The notes under the pieces were generated by a model that saw nothing but the letters and a program-made list of their open reading frames with translations, did no database searches and was not told the origin of the DNA. The position numbers were made by a program, and so were the translations under genes. From a virus: 64,000 bases of DNA. This document shows positions 19,261 through 29,600 of the stretch, piece by piece; position 1 is the stretch's first letter, and each line of letters begins with the position of its first letter. The stretch lies in the IMG/VR virus record IMGVR_UViG_3300021964_000014; one strand, written 5' to 3'.

Positions 19261-19811
19261 TAGGTTGCGAACCATTTCATGAAAAATTCAGACCCTCCAG
19301 TATGAGTTCCAGAATACAGAGAAAAAAGGTTGCCTGTATAGGAATACCCGTTATTAAATGCTCCTGCTGAGTTATAAAATGAATAAGAAGACACACTGTA
19401 ACCGTAATCAGCTGCGATTGTTAAAGTAATAACTGAATAGTCAGAGTAGCTTGTACCTCTAAGGTATAAAGACCTTCCGTTAGTAACATGATCTGTATGA
19501 GAAATTGATAATGCTGCTGTTCCGTTAGCAGCGTCACCTGATTTCCATTTCCACCCATTGTACGTAGTAGGGCTAGAAACAGTTACTGTACAGTTTGAAG
19601 CTTGTAATGCTATCACTCTGTAAGCTTTATTACTAATAAAAGAAAACTTATCTGCATTAGCAGCAACCCCAGTGTTTGGAGCATAATGATTTTCTAATAT
19701 CTCTTTTGTGGAAATATTTGATGTAGGTTCGATTTTGAATGCTGAAGCAGAGTTTAGTTGAATGTCGCTTCGCAAACCAATATTTGTAGTCCCTGCGTTA
19801 TATACTGGCAT
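19260..19811 (-). CDS. Putative virion/adhesin-like beta-rich protein
   Basis: S/T/G/Y-rich composition typical of fibre tip proteins. Confidence 0.45.
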   Translation of the reverse strand: MPVYNAGTTNIGLRSDIQLNSASAFKIEPTSNISTKEILENHYAPNTGVAANADKFSFISNKAYRVIALQASNCTVTVSSPTTYNGWKWKSGDAANGTAALSISHTDHVTNGRSLYLRGTSYSDYSVITLTIAADYGYSVSSYSFYNSAGAFNNGYSYTGNLFSLYSGTHTGGSEFFMKWFAT

Positions 19812-19824
19812 AATGTTGGTTTTT

Positions 19825-20610
19825 TTACCAGTACCCGGAGAAGTTAGAACTCCCCCCTAATGACTTCCAATATCTACCGATATTGCAAGACCAGTAACCG
19901 GCTTTAGTTTTATCTTTTTTCTGTGCACATTTATGTCTAGCGGCAAAAGATGCTCTTGCACCTTTCTTTTTAAACTTAACTGATAATCCAGTATCACCGA
20001 ATGATACTTTCTTTACGTTACCTTTTTTAGATTTAACATAGACGTAGAATTTTTTACTCCCACCTCTTTTAGGTTTGTTAAGTTGAACTTTTTTACCTTT
20101 ATATTCAGCTTCAGGAATATATTCTACAGAAGCTTTTAACATTTCAAAGCCGTTATAATCGAAAGATTCGTTTTGTAGGGATACTGCTTTTCTAAACTTA
20201 TCCATATTCATCTGACCTCCGATAGATTCTACTAACTCTTTTATTAAGTCATAATCAATCATTTCATCTATTGAAGCAGCTTCATCGATAGTATCTTCAT
20301 TTTCGATCATTTCATCGATTAGGTTACCGATTTCAAACATTGGATTGTAGTTTGGAGATACCATTGGAAGATCTAAAGGAACTCTCATTCCATTATATTC
20401 TGCGTATTCTCCAATATCAGTAGTTTCTAATAGTAGAGTATCTTGTTCATTTAATTCTATTTTACCGTCTCTCCATGCTTCTCTAGCTTCTTTAAATAGT
20501 TGTATAAAGCTATCAGAGCTATAACGGTAGACATGCTCAGATAAGGTTAGACCATTATCTAAATGGTATTTTAATGATGGGTAGCCGATAAGTTCTTTTA
20601 ATTGTATCAT
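19825..20610 (-). CDS. Acidic N-terminal region plus basic C-terminal module, putative internal head protein
   Basis: MIQLKELIG leader; repeated IDE/IE/LVE; IPE|AEYKGKKVQLNKP...SFAARHKC...AGYWSC module. Confidence 0.65.
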   Translation of the reverse strand: MIQLKELIGYPSLKYHLDNGLTLSEHVYRYSSDSFIQLFKEAREAWRDGKIELNEQDTLLLETTDIGEYAEYNGMRVPLDLPMVSPNYNPMFEIGNLIDEMIENEDTIDEAASIDEMIDYDLIKELVESIGGQMNMDKFRKAVSLQNESFDYNGFEMLKASVEYIPEAEYKGKKVQLNKPKRGGSKKFYVYVKSKKGNVKKVSFGDTGLSVKFKKKGARASFAARHKCAQKKDKTKAGYWSCNIGRYWKSLGGSSNFSGYW

Positions 20611-21089
20611 TGGTTGAAATCTTTTCTATAAAATTTTCCTAAAACATTGTCATTAATGTAAACGCCATCTTGTTCTAGTACTTCATTTATAAATAGGTAT
20701 TTACATTCAAAATATGTTAATTGCTTTTTATTCTGAACATAATGTAGAATTTTTCTTTCAAAGTCCATTGGAGTTCCTTCTTTAACTAATCTAAGTATCT
20801 CTTTATGAGAACCGTAATAGTCGTTCCAATCTGATTCGGTTATTATTTTTTGTTTGAGCGGTACTCTTCCTCCAATACCTTTAGCTTTTCTTTCCTCTCT
20901 TAAAGCTTCTAAAGCTCTTTTACCTAACCTTTTATTGCGTTCAAAAAATAATACTTTCTTTCCTAAGTATTTTTTACCGCTAGGTCTATGAGTAGTTTCG
21001 TAAATAAATCCATACGTGCCTTTTGGCATGTCTGATATTTCATTTACTATTTTTCCATTAAATGTCCAACCGGGTACTGTTACCATCAT
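20607..21089 (-). CDS. GIY-YIG endonuclease (Seg/EndoII-like)
   Basis: YGFIYETT...KKYLGKK, ESDWNDYYGS, YINDN. Confidence 0.75.
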   Translation of the reverse strand: MMVTVPGWTFNGKIVNEISDMPKGTYGFIYETTHRPSGKKYLGKKVLFFERNKRLGKRALEALREERKAKGIGGRVPLKQKIITESDWNDYYGSHKEILRLVKEGTPMDFERKILHYVQNKKQLTYFECKYLFINEVLEQDGVYINDNVLGKFYRKDFNQ

Positions 21090-21092
21090 ATA

Positions 21093-21125
21093 TAAATATA
21101 AGAAATAAATTCTGGGAAGTCAACT
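21093..21125 (-). promoter_or_regulatory. Bacteroidota-type promoter (overlaps a late motif at 21091-21098)
   Basis: AGTTG-N20-TATATTTA. Confidence 0.75.
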
Positions 21126-21646
21126 TATATATCCTCTATTACACAAGGATCAAAGTCTTTTTTATATTTTTCTTTTAGTTTGGTATAGGCAAAATTATAA
21201 AGATCACTGCCTATAACGTTTAAATCTTTTTTCAACTTTACTGTGGTTGTATTCTCTACAACTACAAACTTTACTTCTTGCTTTACTACTTCTTCTCCAT
21301 TATCATTAAAATCTATATACTCATTCGTTACTTTTTCTACTGATGAAGAAGTATAAGGTTCATGACCGGATTCTTCTGAAAATAAATCTACGGATAATCT
21401 AGGGTTGTAATTAAGTTGTCTTCCATCGAAAGACATAGAGGTAGGAAGGTACCCATCAAAGTCTGGGATGTCGCCAAAATAATTACCGGAAGATGCCTTA
21501 GCAGCTTGAGGTGAATTAAAATGACCGGTAAGTATATCTAAACAACTCCTTCTTTTATATACAGTGTATTTATCTATCCTGACATAAAACTCAGAAAGTT
21601 TTCCTGTATCTTTTACTTCTACTTCTCTTTTAACTATAAACCCCAT
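21125..21646 (-). CDS. Hypothetical protein, possible fibre-associated
   Basis: Last gene of the fibre/modifier operon; C-terminal LYNFAYTKLK. Confidence 0.55.
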   Translation of the reverse strand: MGFIVKREVEVKDTGKLSEFYVRIDKYTVYKRRSCLDILTGHFNSPQAAKASSGNYFGDIPDFDGYLPTSMSFDGRQLNYNPRLSVDLFSEESGHEPYTSSSVEKVTNEYIDFNDNGEEVVKQEVKFVVVENTTTVKLKKDLNVIGSDLYNFAYTKLKEKYKKDFDPCVIEDI

Positions 21647-22533
21647 TATCTATTCTCTATCTGTTTAATGTTATGTTTAATTAAATTAGTATCTATTAAT
21701 CTTCCAGCATTAATACATCTATATAAATATTCAATTGTCGGTTCGTACTTATAACCTTCTCTGTTATCTAATACTTTCCTTTTATCTACTCCATAATGCC
21801 TGTAATACCTTGATGCTTCGTTGAGATCAAAAAAACCATTATCCCAGGTCTTTAAAGTGTACTTAGTTGTTTTACAGTCCCAGATATTTTTAGATAGAGT
21901 TTTATACGGTATATTATCTCTCTCTATCCACTGTCTCAACATAAACTGTTCAGAGTATATCATATGGTTAGGTGTCATACCTTTTTCTTTTAATGCAGAA
22001 AACTCTTGATGATTTATTAAAGTTTGCTTACCGTATTTATTTGCAAATTCTGGGTCAGGTAAGTAAAATAAACTTACATTAGATGCTCTATCTACAATAT
22101 GTTCGATAGGTGTAGTAAGTTTTTTATTCCATTTATCGTTAGATTTTGGATACCAGTTAGATGCTATTTCATCATAAGAACATATTATACTTTCTTCAAA
22201 TAGATTATCTATATTTTTAAATAGTAAAAAGTCATGGTCTACTAAAGTGATAGGAATTTTTGTCTCACTAATAATTTTAGTTTTACAGCCAGACCAAAAA
22301 ACAGGTTTATGTATATTTTCTGGGTATTCTAATTTTCTTACTTCATGCCAAAGCTCTCTAACTTTTAAGTTCTCTAAAGTTTCGTTAGTAAGGTCATCAA
22401 CGTAAAGTACAGTCTTATGTTTAGGATGGTATCTCCTCCATAAAGATACAGAAGCAAAAAGCATGAGTAAATTGAATCTACTATAAAACCTTTTGTGGCT
22501 GTATATGTTATCGTACACCCAAATTATTTCCAT
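21646..22533 (-). CDS. GT-A-fold glycosyltransferase-like protein (DUF6734-like)
   Basis: LYVD, FWSGCK, ITLVDHDFLL (DxD), YSEQ, YRHYG. Confidence 0.55.
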   Translation of the reverse strand: MEIIWVYDNIYSHKRFYSRFNLLMLFASVSLWRRYHPKHKTVLYVDDLTNETLENLKVRELWHEVRKLEYPENIHKPVFWSGCKTKIISETKIPITLVDHDFLLFKNIDNLFEESIICSYDEIASNWYPKSNDKWNKKLTTPIEHIVDRASNVSLFYLPDPEFANKYGKQTLINHQEFSALKEKGMTPNHMIYSEQFMLRQWIERDNIPYKTLSKNIWDCKTTKYTLKTWDNGFFDLNEASRYYRHYGVDKRKVLDNREGYKYEPTIEYLYRCINAGRLIDTNLIKHNIKQIENR

Positions 22534-23084
22534 TTTTTATAAGTTTTTAGGTTTACCCACACCCCTTCGTATATTTTATTTTGAGTTCTTAATTTTCTTT
22601 TTTTATAACTATTAGTTTCTTCGTTTCTATTATAAGTAACCAGGCCGCAATCATATTCTTTTATTATTTTTTCACTCCCTAAATCTTTTACTACTCTCTG
22701 CCCTCGATTACCAAAAGATGTAACTGTTCTATAGAATCGAGTTTGTTCATAAGGTATAAAGATGTCTGGTTCGTGTAGATCAGTAGCGTGAAAAATATCT
22801 ACTAGTAATCTATGTTTGTACCCAATAGATACTCCTCCGTACATCATATCATAAAGTTGCTTTGGATCTTTAATATCATTCATTAAAATAATATCTACAT
22901 CCTTAGGTGCAAGAATACCAGGACCAAAAAAATACTCTGCTGATGAGCCTGTTAATATTACTTCATAGTTTGAGAGATCATATTTAGAGCTCCACTCTTG
23001 GTACCACTTCTGTAATAATTCTATTGTAGGGTCAATAAAGGGTTTATCTGTTGACAACCCTCCTAAGGCATAAAAATAACTCAT
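22524..23084 (-). CDS. Pol-beta-superfamily nucleotidyltransferase-like protein (paralog A)
   Basis: ILTGS...KDVDIIL...LLVDIF: GS, DxD and third Asp. Confidence 0.6.
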   Translation of the reverse strand: MSYFYALGGLSTDKPFIDPTIELLQKWYQEWSSKYDLSNYEVILTGSSAEYFFGPGILAPKDVDIILMNDIKDPKQLYDMMYGGVSIGYKHRLLVDIFHATDLHEPDIFIPYEQTRFYRTVTSFGNRGQRVVKDLGSEKIIKEYDCGLVTYNRNEETNSYKKRKLRTQNKIYEGVWVNLKTYKKWK

Positions 23085-23103
23085 ATAACTGTTTTAAATA
23101 ATT

Positions 23104-23325
23104 TTACGCAGTTCCTCCGCCGCTACCGTAGTTTATATCATCAAAATCTAATCCATAAAATTCAGACATACTTAAACCGGCTGTGCTATCAGACCAGTTT
23201 GTAGCGTTTATATCTAATTGAAAGCCTTCACCAGCTGTCTGTGCATCTAATTGAGCAGTAGACGTATTGTTCATTTCTGTGTTTATGTCCGCAAATGAAA
23301 TTGCACCTGTTGACTGTAATGCCAT
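23104..23325 (-). CDS. Small fibre-tip/adhesin N-terminal-like protein
   Basis: MALQSTGAISFADINTE...LSMSEFYG pattern typical of proteins following chaperone-bearing fibres; TAATG-coupled to the giant fibre. Confidence 0.6.
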   Translation of the reverse strand: MALQSTGAISFADINTEMNNTSTAQLDAQTAGEGFQLDINATNWSDSTAGLSMSEFYGLDFDDINYGSGGGTA

Positions 23326-23630
23326 TATTCTTTATCTTTTAATTTTTGTTCTAATATATCTACTTTCTTAGAAAGCTCTTTAATAGCTTCTACAAGGATA
23401 GGAGTAAGTTTTTCATATTTAACTCCGTAGTACCCTCCATTCATTTCTCCAACTACCTCCGGTAATACTTCTTTAACTTCTTGTGCTATAAATCCTATAT
23501 CATTTCCTTCAAAAGGATGTACCTCTTTATTACCTTCTTTCCAATCAAATCGAGTACCTCTTAGTTTTAATACCTTAGCTAGTGAACCATCTAAGTTTAT
23601 TATATTTTCTTTCAATCTTTCATCCGAAGA
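23325..23630 (-). other. Peptidase_S74 intramolecular chaperone domain
   Basis: SSDERLKENI, RFDW, IGFIAQEVKEVLPEVV, VKYEKLTPILVEAIKEL coiled coil. Confidence 0.9.
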
Positions 23631-26600
23631 ATGGAATGCAGTAATATTTCCTGTTGCTGTAATAGCTCCTGTTACAGAAAGTCCACTAGTAAAGTACCCA
23701 TTCTCAGCATATACTTGATTCCACTGTTTTAAGAAAGTACCGAAATTGTATGTCCCAGAAGTTTCTGGCAGTATATGATTAAACTGTGAGGTACCTCCTT
23801 TAGCTTCAAAAATTATAGAATTACCACTAGCACCTTGAGCTAATCTAGGAGCTCTAACATATTGAGTAGCATCAGAAACAATTTGGAGTCCTCCTGCTTT
23901 TAATTCTACGAAGTTAGTAGGTACACCTACGCCAAGAGATGTATCATATGATGGTGCAGTACCAAATCCAGAGGTACCTAAAGTAGTATTAACTGTGGTA
24001 TTCGTTGTAGAATTAAGAGCGTTTACTGCAATATTATACCCTGCTCGTGCTCCACTTCTAACTCTATATCTAAATTTAACATCAGTTGTTTCAGAGATAG
24101 TCATAAGAACTGTTTCAGCTCCTCCTGTATGTGCTACATTGACACCACCTTGTGCTGCTCTAGTTTTTTGCACCCAAGTATACGTTGTAATAGACGGGTT
24201 GTGAGAAAGTATTCCGTCAGAAATGTAGTTTTGGTATCCTGGTACTACAAACGTATAAACATCAGTTTCGTTGTATATAGTTTCAACGTCTAATACTTTT
24301 TCTTTCTTTATTCCGCCTTCAACTGCTACATAAATTTCAGTTTCGTTAGGTACTAGTTCTACAGATTTTATCTCTTTATTTTCATCTAGCCAGAACCCGT
24401 GATCGTCTGTTACTGTAATTGTTTTAGTTTCAGTAGTTACTTTTAATATAGTACTTGTAGTTCTGTTTCTTATTTCTTTAATAGAACCTGCGCTAATTTC
24501 ATTAATGCCATCTTGCCATTTCCACACTTTAAGTACATCACTCTTTAATATATCTTTAGCCTGTTTAGTTGAACCGTCGTATAGTTCTATTTCTGTAGTT
24601 CCTACAACAGAGGATGGACTTTGTAGACCACCACCTCCACCACCACCGGTAGTAGAGACAGAACCAGAAGCTTCCCAATAGCTATGAGAATTAACACCTG
24701 CTATACGGTATGCGCTTCCTAGTAAAGCTTCACCAACAACAGTTGTTGTTCCGTTTTTAATTGCTTGCAGGTATATATCTGCATAGTGAGCTTTTTTGTA
24801 AAAGTTAGAAGGAAATCCGTGGAGCTGACCTTCTTGGGTACCAACATAAGCCGGTGTTGTTACTGTGTTAATCTGATTTGTAGGGGCATCAACGCTAAAA
24901 GAAGGAGTTGTTATATTAATTTGAGCTTCCCCTTGAGAAGCTGCGAATACAGCGCCTTGAGTTCCATATCTGTTATTATAAACAGGACCGTAGACAGATG
25001 TAGATGTTACAGACTCCATTGCATTACCAGAAGTAATACCCGGTATACTAACAGAAACACTACCGCCTGCTGTACTTGTTAAAGTATCTAAAGGAGAAAT
25101 AATTACTTTCTTATTCCCTCCTGCAAACATTTGAATCTCAGGTATGTTAGGTTCGAATATTATTTCACTGTTATCATCTCTTAACGCATTAGTGGTAGGA
25201 TCGATTATCCAATCTCCGATCTGTCCTGAGGTAGCTGTTATTTCACCTGATATACTAGCATCAGATGCTGTCATAAATCCTTGACTATCGACTGAGAAGT
25301 TTGGAGAGGTAGCATTAGGTATGGATAGTTGACCTCCTTCAATTGTTCCACCAGTCAATGAACCTGCATTTATAGTCGCACCTTGGATAGTACTACCATT
25401 GATACCTGCAGCGGCAGTAATTAGCCCACCAAAATATGTATCACCATTGGACGCTAAAGAAAAGTTTGGAGTAGAAATAGCCCCATTGGTAAGGTCTATC
25501 GCCATACCAGCAGTAGAGAACCCAGATCCATCATCAGTTCCTGCGTGATTATTTGATAATATAGAGCCTGCTCTAATCTTATTACCTGATATGGTAGTTG
25601 AGTTGTTATTTACATCTGTTGCTGCTCCTCCTGGTTGTAGGGAAGAAGCACCATCTGCTGCTCCAGATACAACATCAGAAACGGTTGTATTAGTTGAACC
25701 TACTCTTAAACTACCTGCAAATGTACCTCCTGCTGCTTCTAAGTCTCCTTTAAATTTAGCATTACCTGCTTTGTCTATATAAAATTCTTTAGAATGTATA
25801 GCACCTGAGGAAGATATAATTAGTCTTCCTGCTGTAGATGTAAATGTTGCTGTATTCTCATCTGTTCCTGTAAATATTTTATCTGAATGAATAGTCCATC
25901 CACCAACACTACCTGCTGTTTTATCTTGAGTATTTGAGGCAGCTGATGCTGTTGCTTGTATATCACTATTTGAAACGTTATCTACATTACCTAATCCAAC
26001 ATCTGTTGCTGAAGTATTAGAGTTTAAGGTGTTATTCTCATCAAGGTCTGTGCTGCCTATGGTCACTGTTCCTTTAAATCCAGCATTACCTGCTTTATCT
26101 ACATAAAACTGTTTAGCATGTATAGCACCAGAAGAAGATATGATTAACCTTCCTGCTGTAGATGTATATGTAGCAACATTCTCATCTGTGCCGGTAAATA
26201 TTTTATCTGCATGGATTGTCCATCCGCCTACTGTACCTGCATCTTTATCAGCAGTGTTTGCTGCTGCGGATGCTGAAGCCTGTATATTAGAGTTTGAAAC
26301 GTTATCTACATTACCTAATCCAACATCTGTTGCTGAAGTATTAGAGTTTAGTGTATTATTTGCATCTAAGGTAGTACCGCCTATTTGCATTGTACCTGAG
26401 AATACAGCAGAACCATCTGATGCTATTCTAAAGTTTTTAGCAGATATGGCTCCGTTATCTAAATTGATCGCCATACCAGTTGTTGACATAGCTGATCCAT
26501 CATCAGTACCGGCATGATTACTAGATAATATTTTACCGGTCTGAATTGTATTACCTGATATTTTAGTAGCAGCGCCTAGCTGAGCACCAGCTGCTAATCC

Positions 26601-29600
26601 CCTAAAGATTAATCCTTGAGTTGAGCTACTATTGTCGTAGTGTATAGAAGCTCCCGGTCTAACATATCGGTCAGTAACGTTATTAGCTTGAGAAGAAGTC
26701 ACATAAGCAGGAGAAGTAAAATCTCCATCTTTAAATACCTCGTATCTTGCACCGGTTTCTAAAAGAGTAATCTTAACTCTGTACTGCTGGTTTTCAGAGA
26801 AATCTGTATCAGAAGTCCAGTCGTCATTTACGAGTGCGTGTATTTGGGTTCCGTTTTCTCGAACAGTTATATCATTACTTTGGAAATAAACTGTGTGATG
26901 CTGTTCAGTATGGCTATAGCTTCCAGGACTTTCTTTAAATAATCCAATCATAGTAGCTGGAGTGCTATGTCCTACTACGACATCCCATTCAAAAGAAGGT
27001 CCATCATTTCTATCAAATACTGCTTTAGTAAGGAATCCTTTATTCCATGCATCACCTCCTGAGTTCTGTAATAGTACTCCTAGTACAGGTGAGGTATAAG
27101 TTGTTATATTTGGAATATTAGAATCAAATATATTTGCATCTAACGAACCGCTAAATTGATATGTTATAGTCGGTCCAACACCTCTATTACCAATCCTTAA
27201 GTTCGCACCATCCCAAGTCAATGCATCAGAACCTGTACCTTGATTTGATAGGTAGAAGTTACCTGAGCTATCCATATAGGACTTAAAGTTAGTACCGTCA
27301 TGGTATCCTAAGTACTGAGATGTTAAGTTTAATCCGGCTGCTGCAGTGTTAGTAGCCAAAGCAAAGGCATCTCCTCCAAATGCATATGAAGTTGGATTTA
27401 CTAACGAACTTGTAGCTGCATTAGTAGTATAGGGGCTCAACATAGAGCTTGTAGTACTATTACCTACTGCATTATTATCTGTATATGTTTCTGCTGCCGA
27501 TTGGGCTGCTGATGCTTCCGCACTTGCAGTTGCTGCAGTATTGCTGATGCTAGTTTCTAGAGATCCTGTAGCAGAATCAAGATCTGCTTGTGTAGCGTAT
27601 GTAGCATTTGTAATTGTAATACTACCTTCAATAGTTAGATTAGTACCGTCCCAAACAAACTTATCCCCTAATGAGAATTTACCGCTTGAACTTACAAAGA
27701 ATGGAGTATTTGAATTATCGTAGGTACCTGTACCTATATACATACTCTGTGCAGCTAATTCTATACCTCCGATAGAACCATCTCTTGCTACTATTGTGCC
27801 ATCTACACTTAAGTCTGAGCCATCCCAAGATAATCCGTTATTACCTGAACCTGCTAAATAGAAGTCTCCAGAAGAAGACATATAAGTTTTCCAGGTATCT
27901 GTATCGTAGTATCCTAAGTTATCAGCACTCATAAATAATCCAGTACCTGAAGGAGTAGGATTAAATGCTATCTTACCACTAGCATCTACTGATCTAGTAA
28001 CAGCTGTATTCGCAGTTGCTTGAGCTGCTGCTGCACTTGCTGTTGCAAAGTTTGCGGTTGTTTGTGCTGCTGCTGCTTCGGCAGATGCTGTTGCTGCAGT
28101 ATTACTTATGCTAGTTTCTAATGAGCCTGTTGCTGTATCTAGGTTAGACTGTACTGTAGTAGCTGCATTACTTGCTGTGACTGCGGCTGCAGAGGCACTT
28201 GCTGCTGCTTGTGAAGCTTGAGTAGCTGTACCTGCTGCTGTGGTAGCATCTGACTGTGCTTGAGTAATTGAACCTGTTAAACTAGATGAGGCTTCATTAG
28301 CTGCATTAGTTGCAAAGGTCTGTAGTGATCCTGTTACTGTATTTAAATTATCTTGAGTAACAGCATTACCTCCTACAATATTTATAGTACCTGCGATAGT
28401 TAACGATGTTCCGTCCCATGCTAAGTAGTTACTAGAACTTCCTGTTAAGAAGAAGTTACCGTTATTAGCCATGTAAGTTTTCCACTCACTACCTGAGTAG
28501 TAACCTAAGTTAGTTTGGTCCATAAATAGACCTTCACCTGATAGGGTAGCTGGTTTTTGAATCTTACCTGTACTATCTGTAAAGATATCAGCTGCTAAAG
28601 AGGAAGACGTATTATTAATTAATAAAGATTGATCATAAGTAGTATCGGCAGAAGCTGTCCATGCATTACCTGCACCCCATACATATACTTTGTTTCCATC
28701 ATCATTATCAATCCAAATATCACCTTCTGTTCTGCCTGATGCTCCAGGAGCTGTTGCTTGTCTAAATATAGAATTTTTACCGTCTAATACTCCCTGTAAA
28801 CCTTCATTTACTGAAGCTTGAGACGCAGATACACTATTTAATTCTCCTGATACAGAAGCTACTGAAGAAGATATCTCAGCATTTGAAGCTGAAATTCCTG
28901 TTGCTAAAGAACCTGATAAAGAACTTGTAGCAGTATTAGTAAACGTATTAGCATTTGATTCTGCAGTATTAGCTGCGTTTTGTGCAAATGTTTCTAATGA
29001 ACCTGTAGCTGTGTTTAAGTCTGCTTGTGTGGTAGCATTACCACCTGTTATATTGATAGAACCTGCAATTGTAAGTGAGGTTCCATCCCACGCTAAATAA
29101 TTAGCATCACTTCCAGTTAAGTAGAAGTTACCATTATTAGCCATGTATGTTTTCCAACCACTGCCGGAATAGAATCCTAAATTAGTATCTCCTAAATATA
29201 ATCCAGCACTTGATGTGTTTGGTGTTCTAACTAACTTACCACTTGAGTCTGTAAATATATCTAATGCTACAGAACTTGATAAAGAAGCAGAAGTTGAATT
29301 AATTAATGCTGCTTGATCATATGTACCGTCAGAAGAAGCTGTAAAGCTAGAACCATTCCAGATGTACATTTTATTTTGCTCACCTGTATGAATCCAAACA
29401 TCACCTACTGTTCTACCAGAAGTAGAAGGAGAAGTTCCTTGTCTAAATATAGATGCTTTACCTGCTGCTACTGCATCTAAATCTGATAAATTAGATGCTA
29501 ATGAGCTAGAAGTACTTGCTAAACTATCTGATAGAGAAGCATTAGAAGAAGATAAACTAGTTGCTAAAGAGCCTGATAGAGTATCTACGCTACCTGTTAC

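Noticed and set aside
24198-24611. Mobile canonical intein
   Set aside because: No homing endonuclease, +1 residue is Pro, and the host is a fibre rather than a conserved enzyme motif
25745-26360. DGR template/variable repeat pair
   Set aside because: Both copies are in frame within one gene, differences are not adenine-specific, and no reverse transcriptase is in the window
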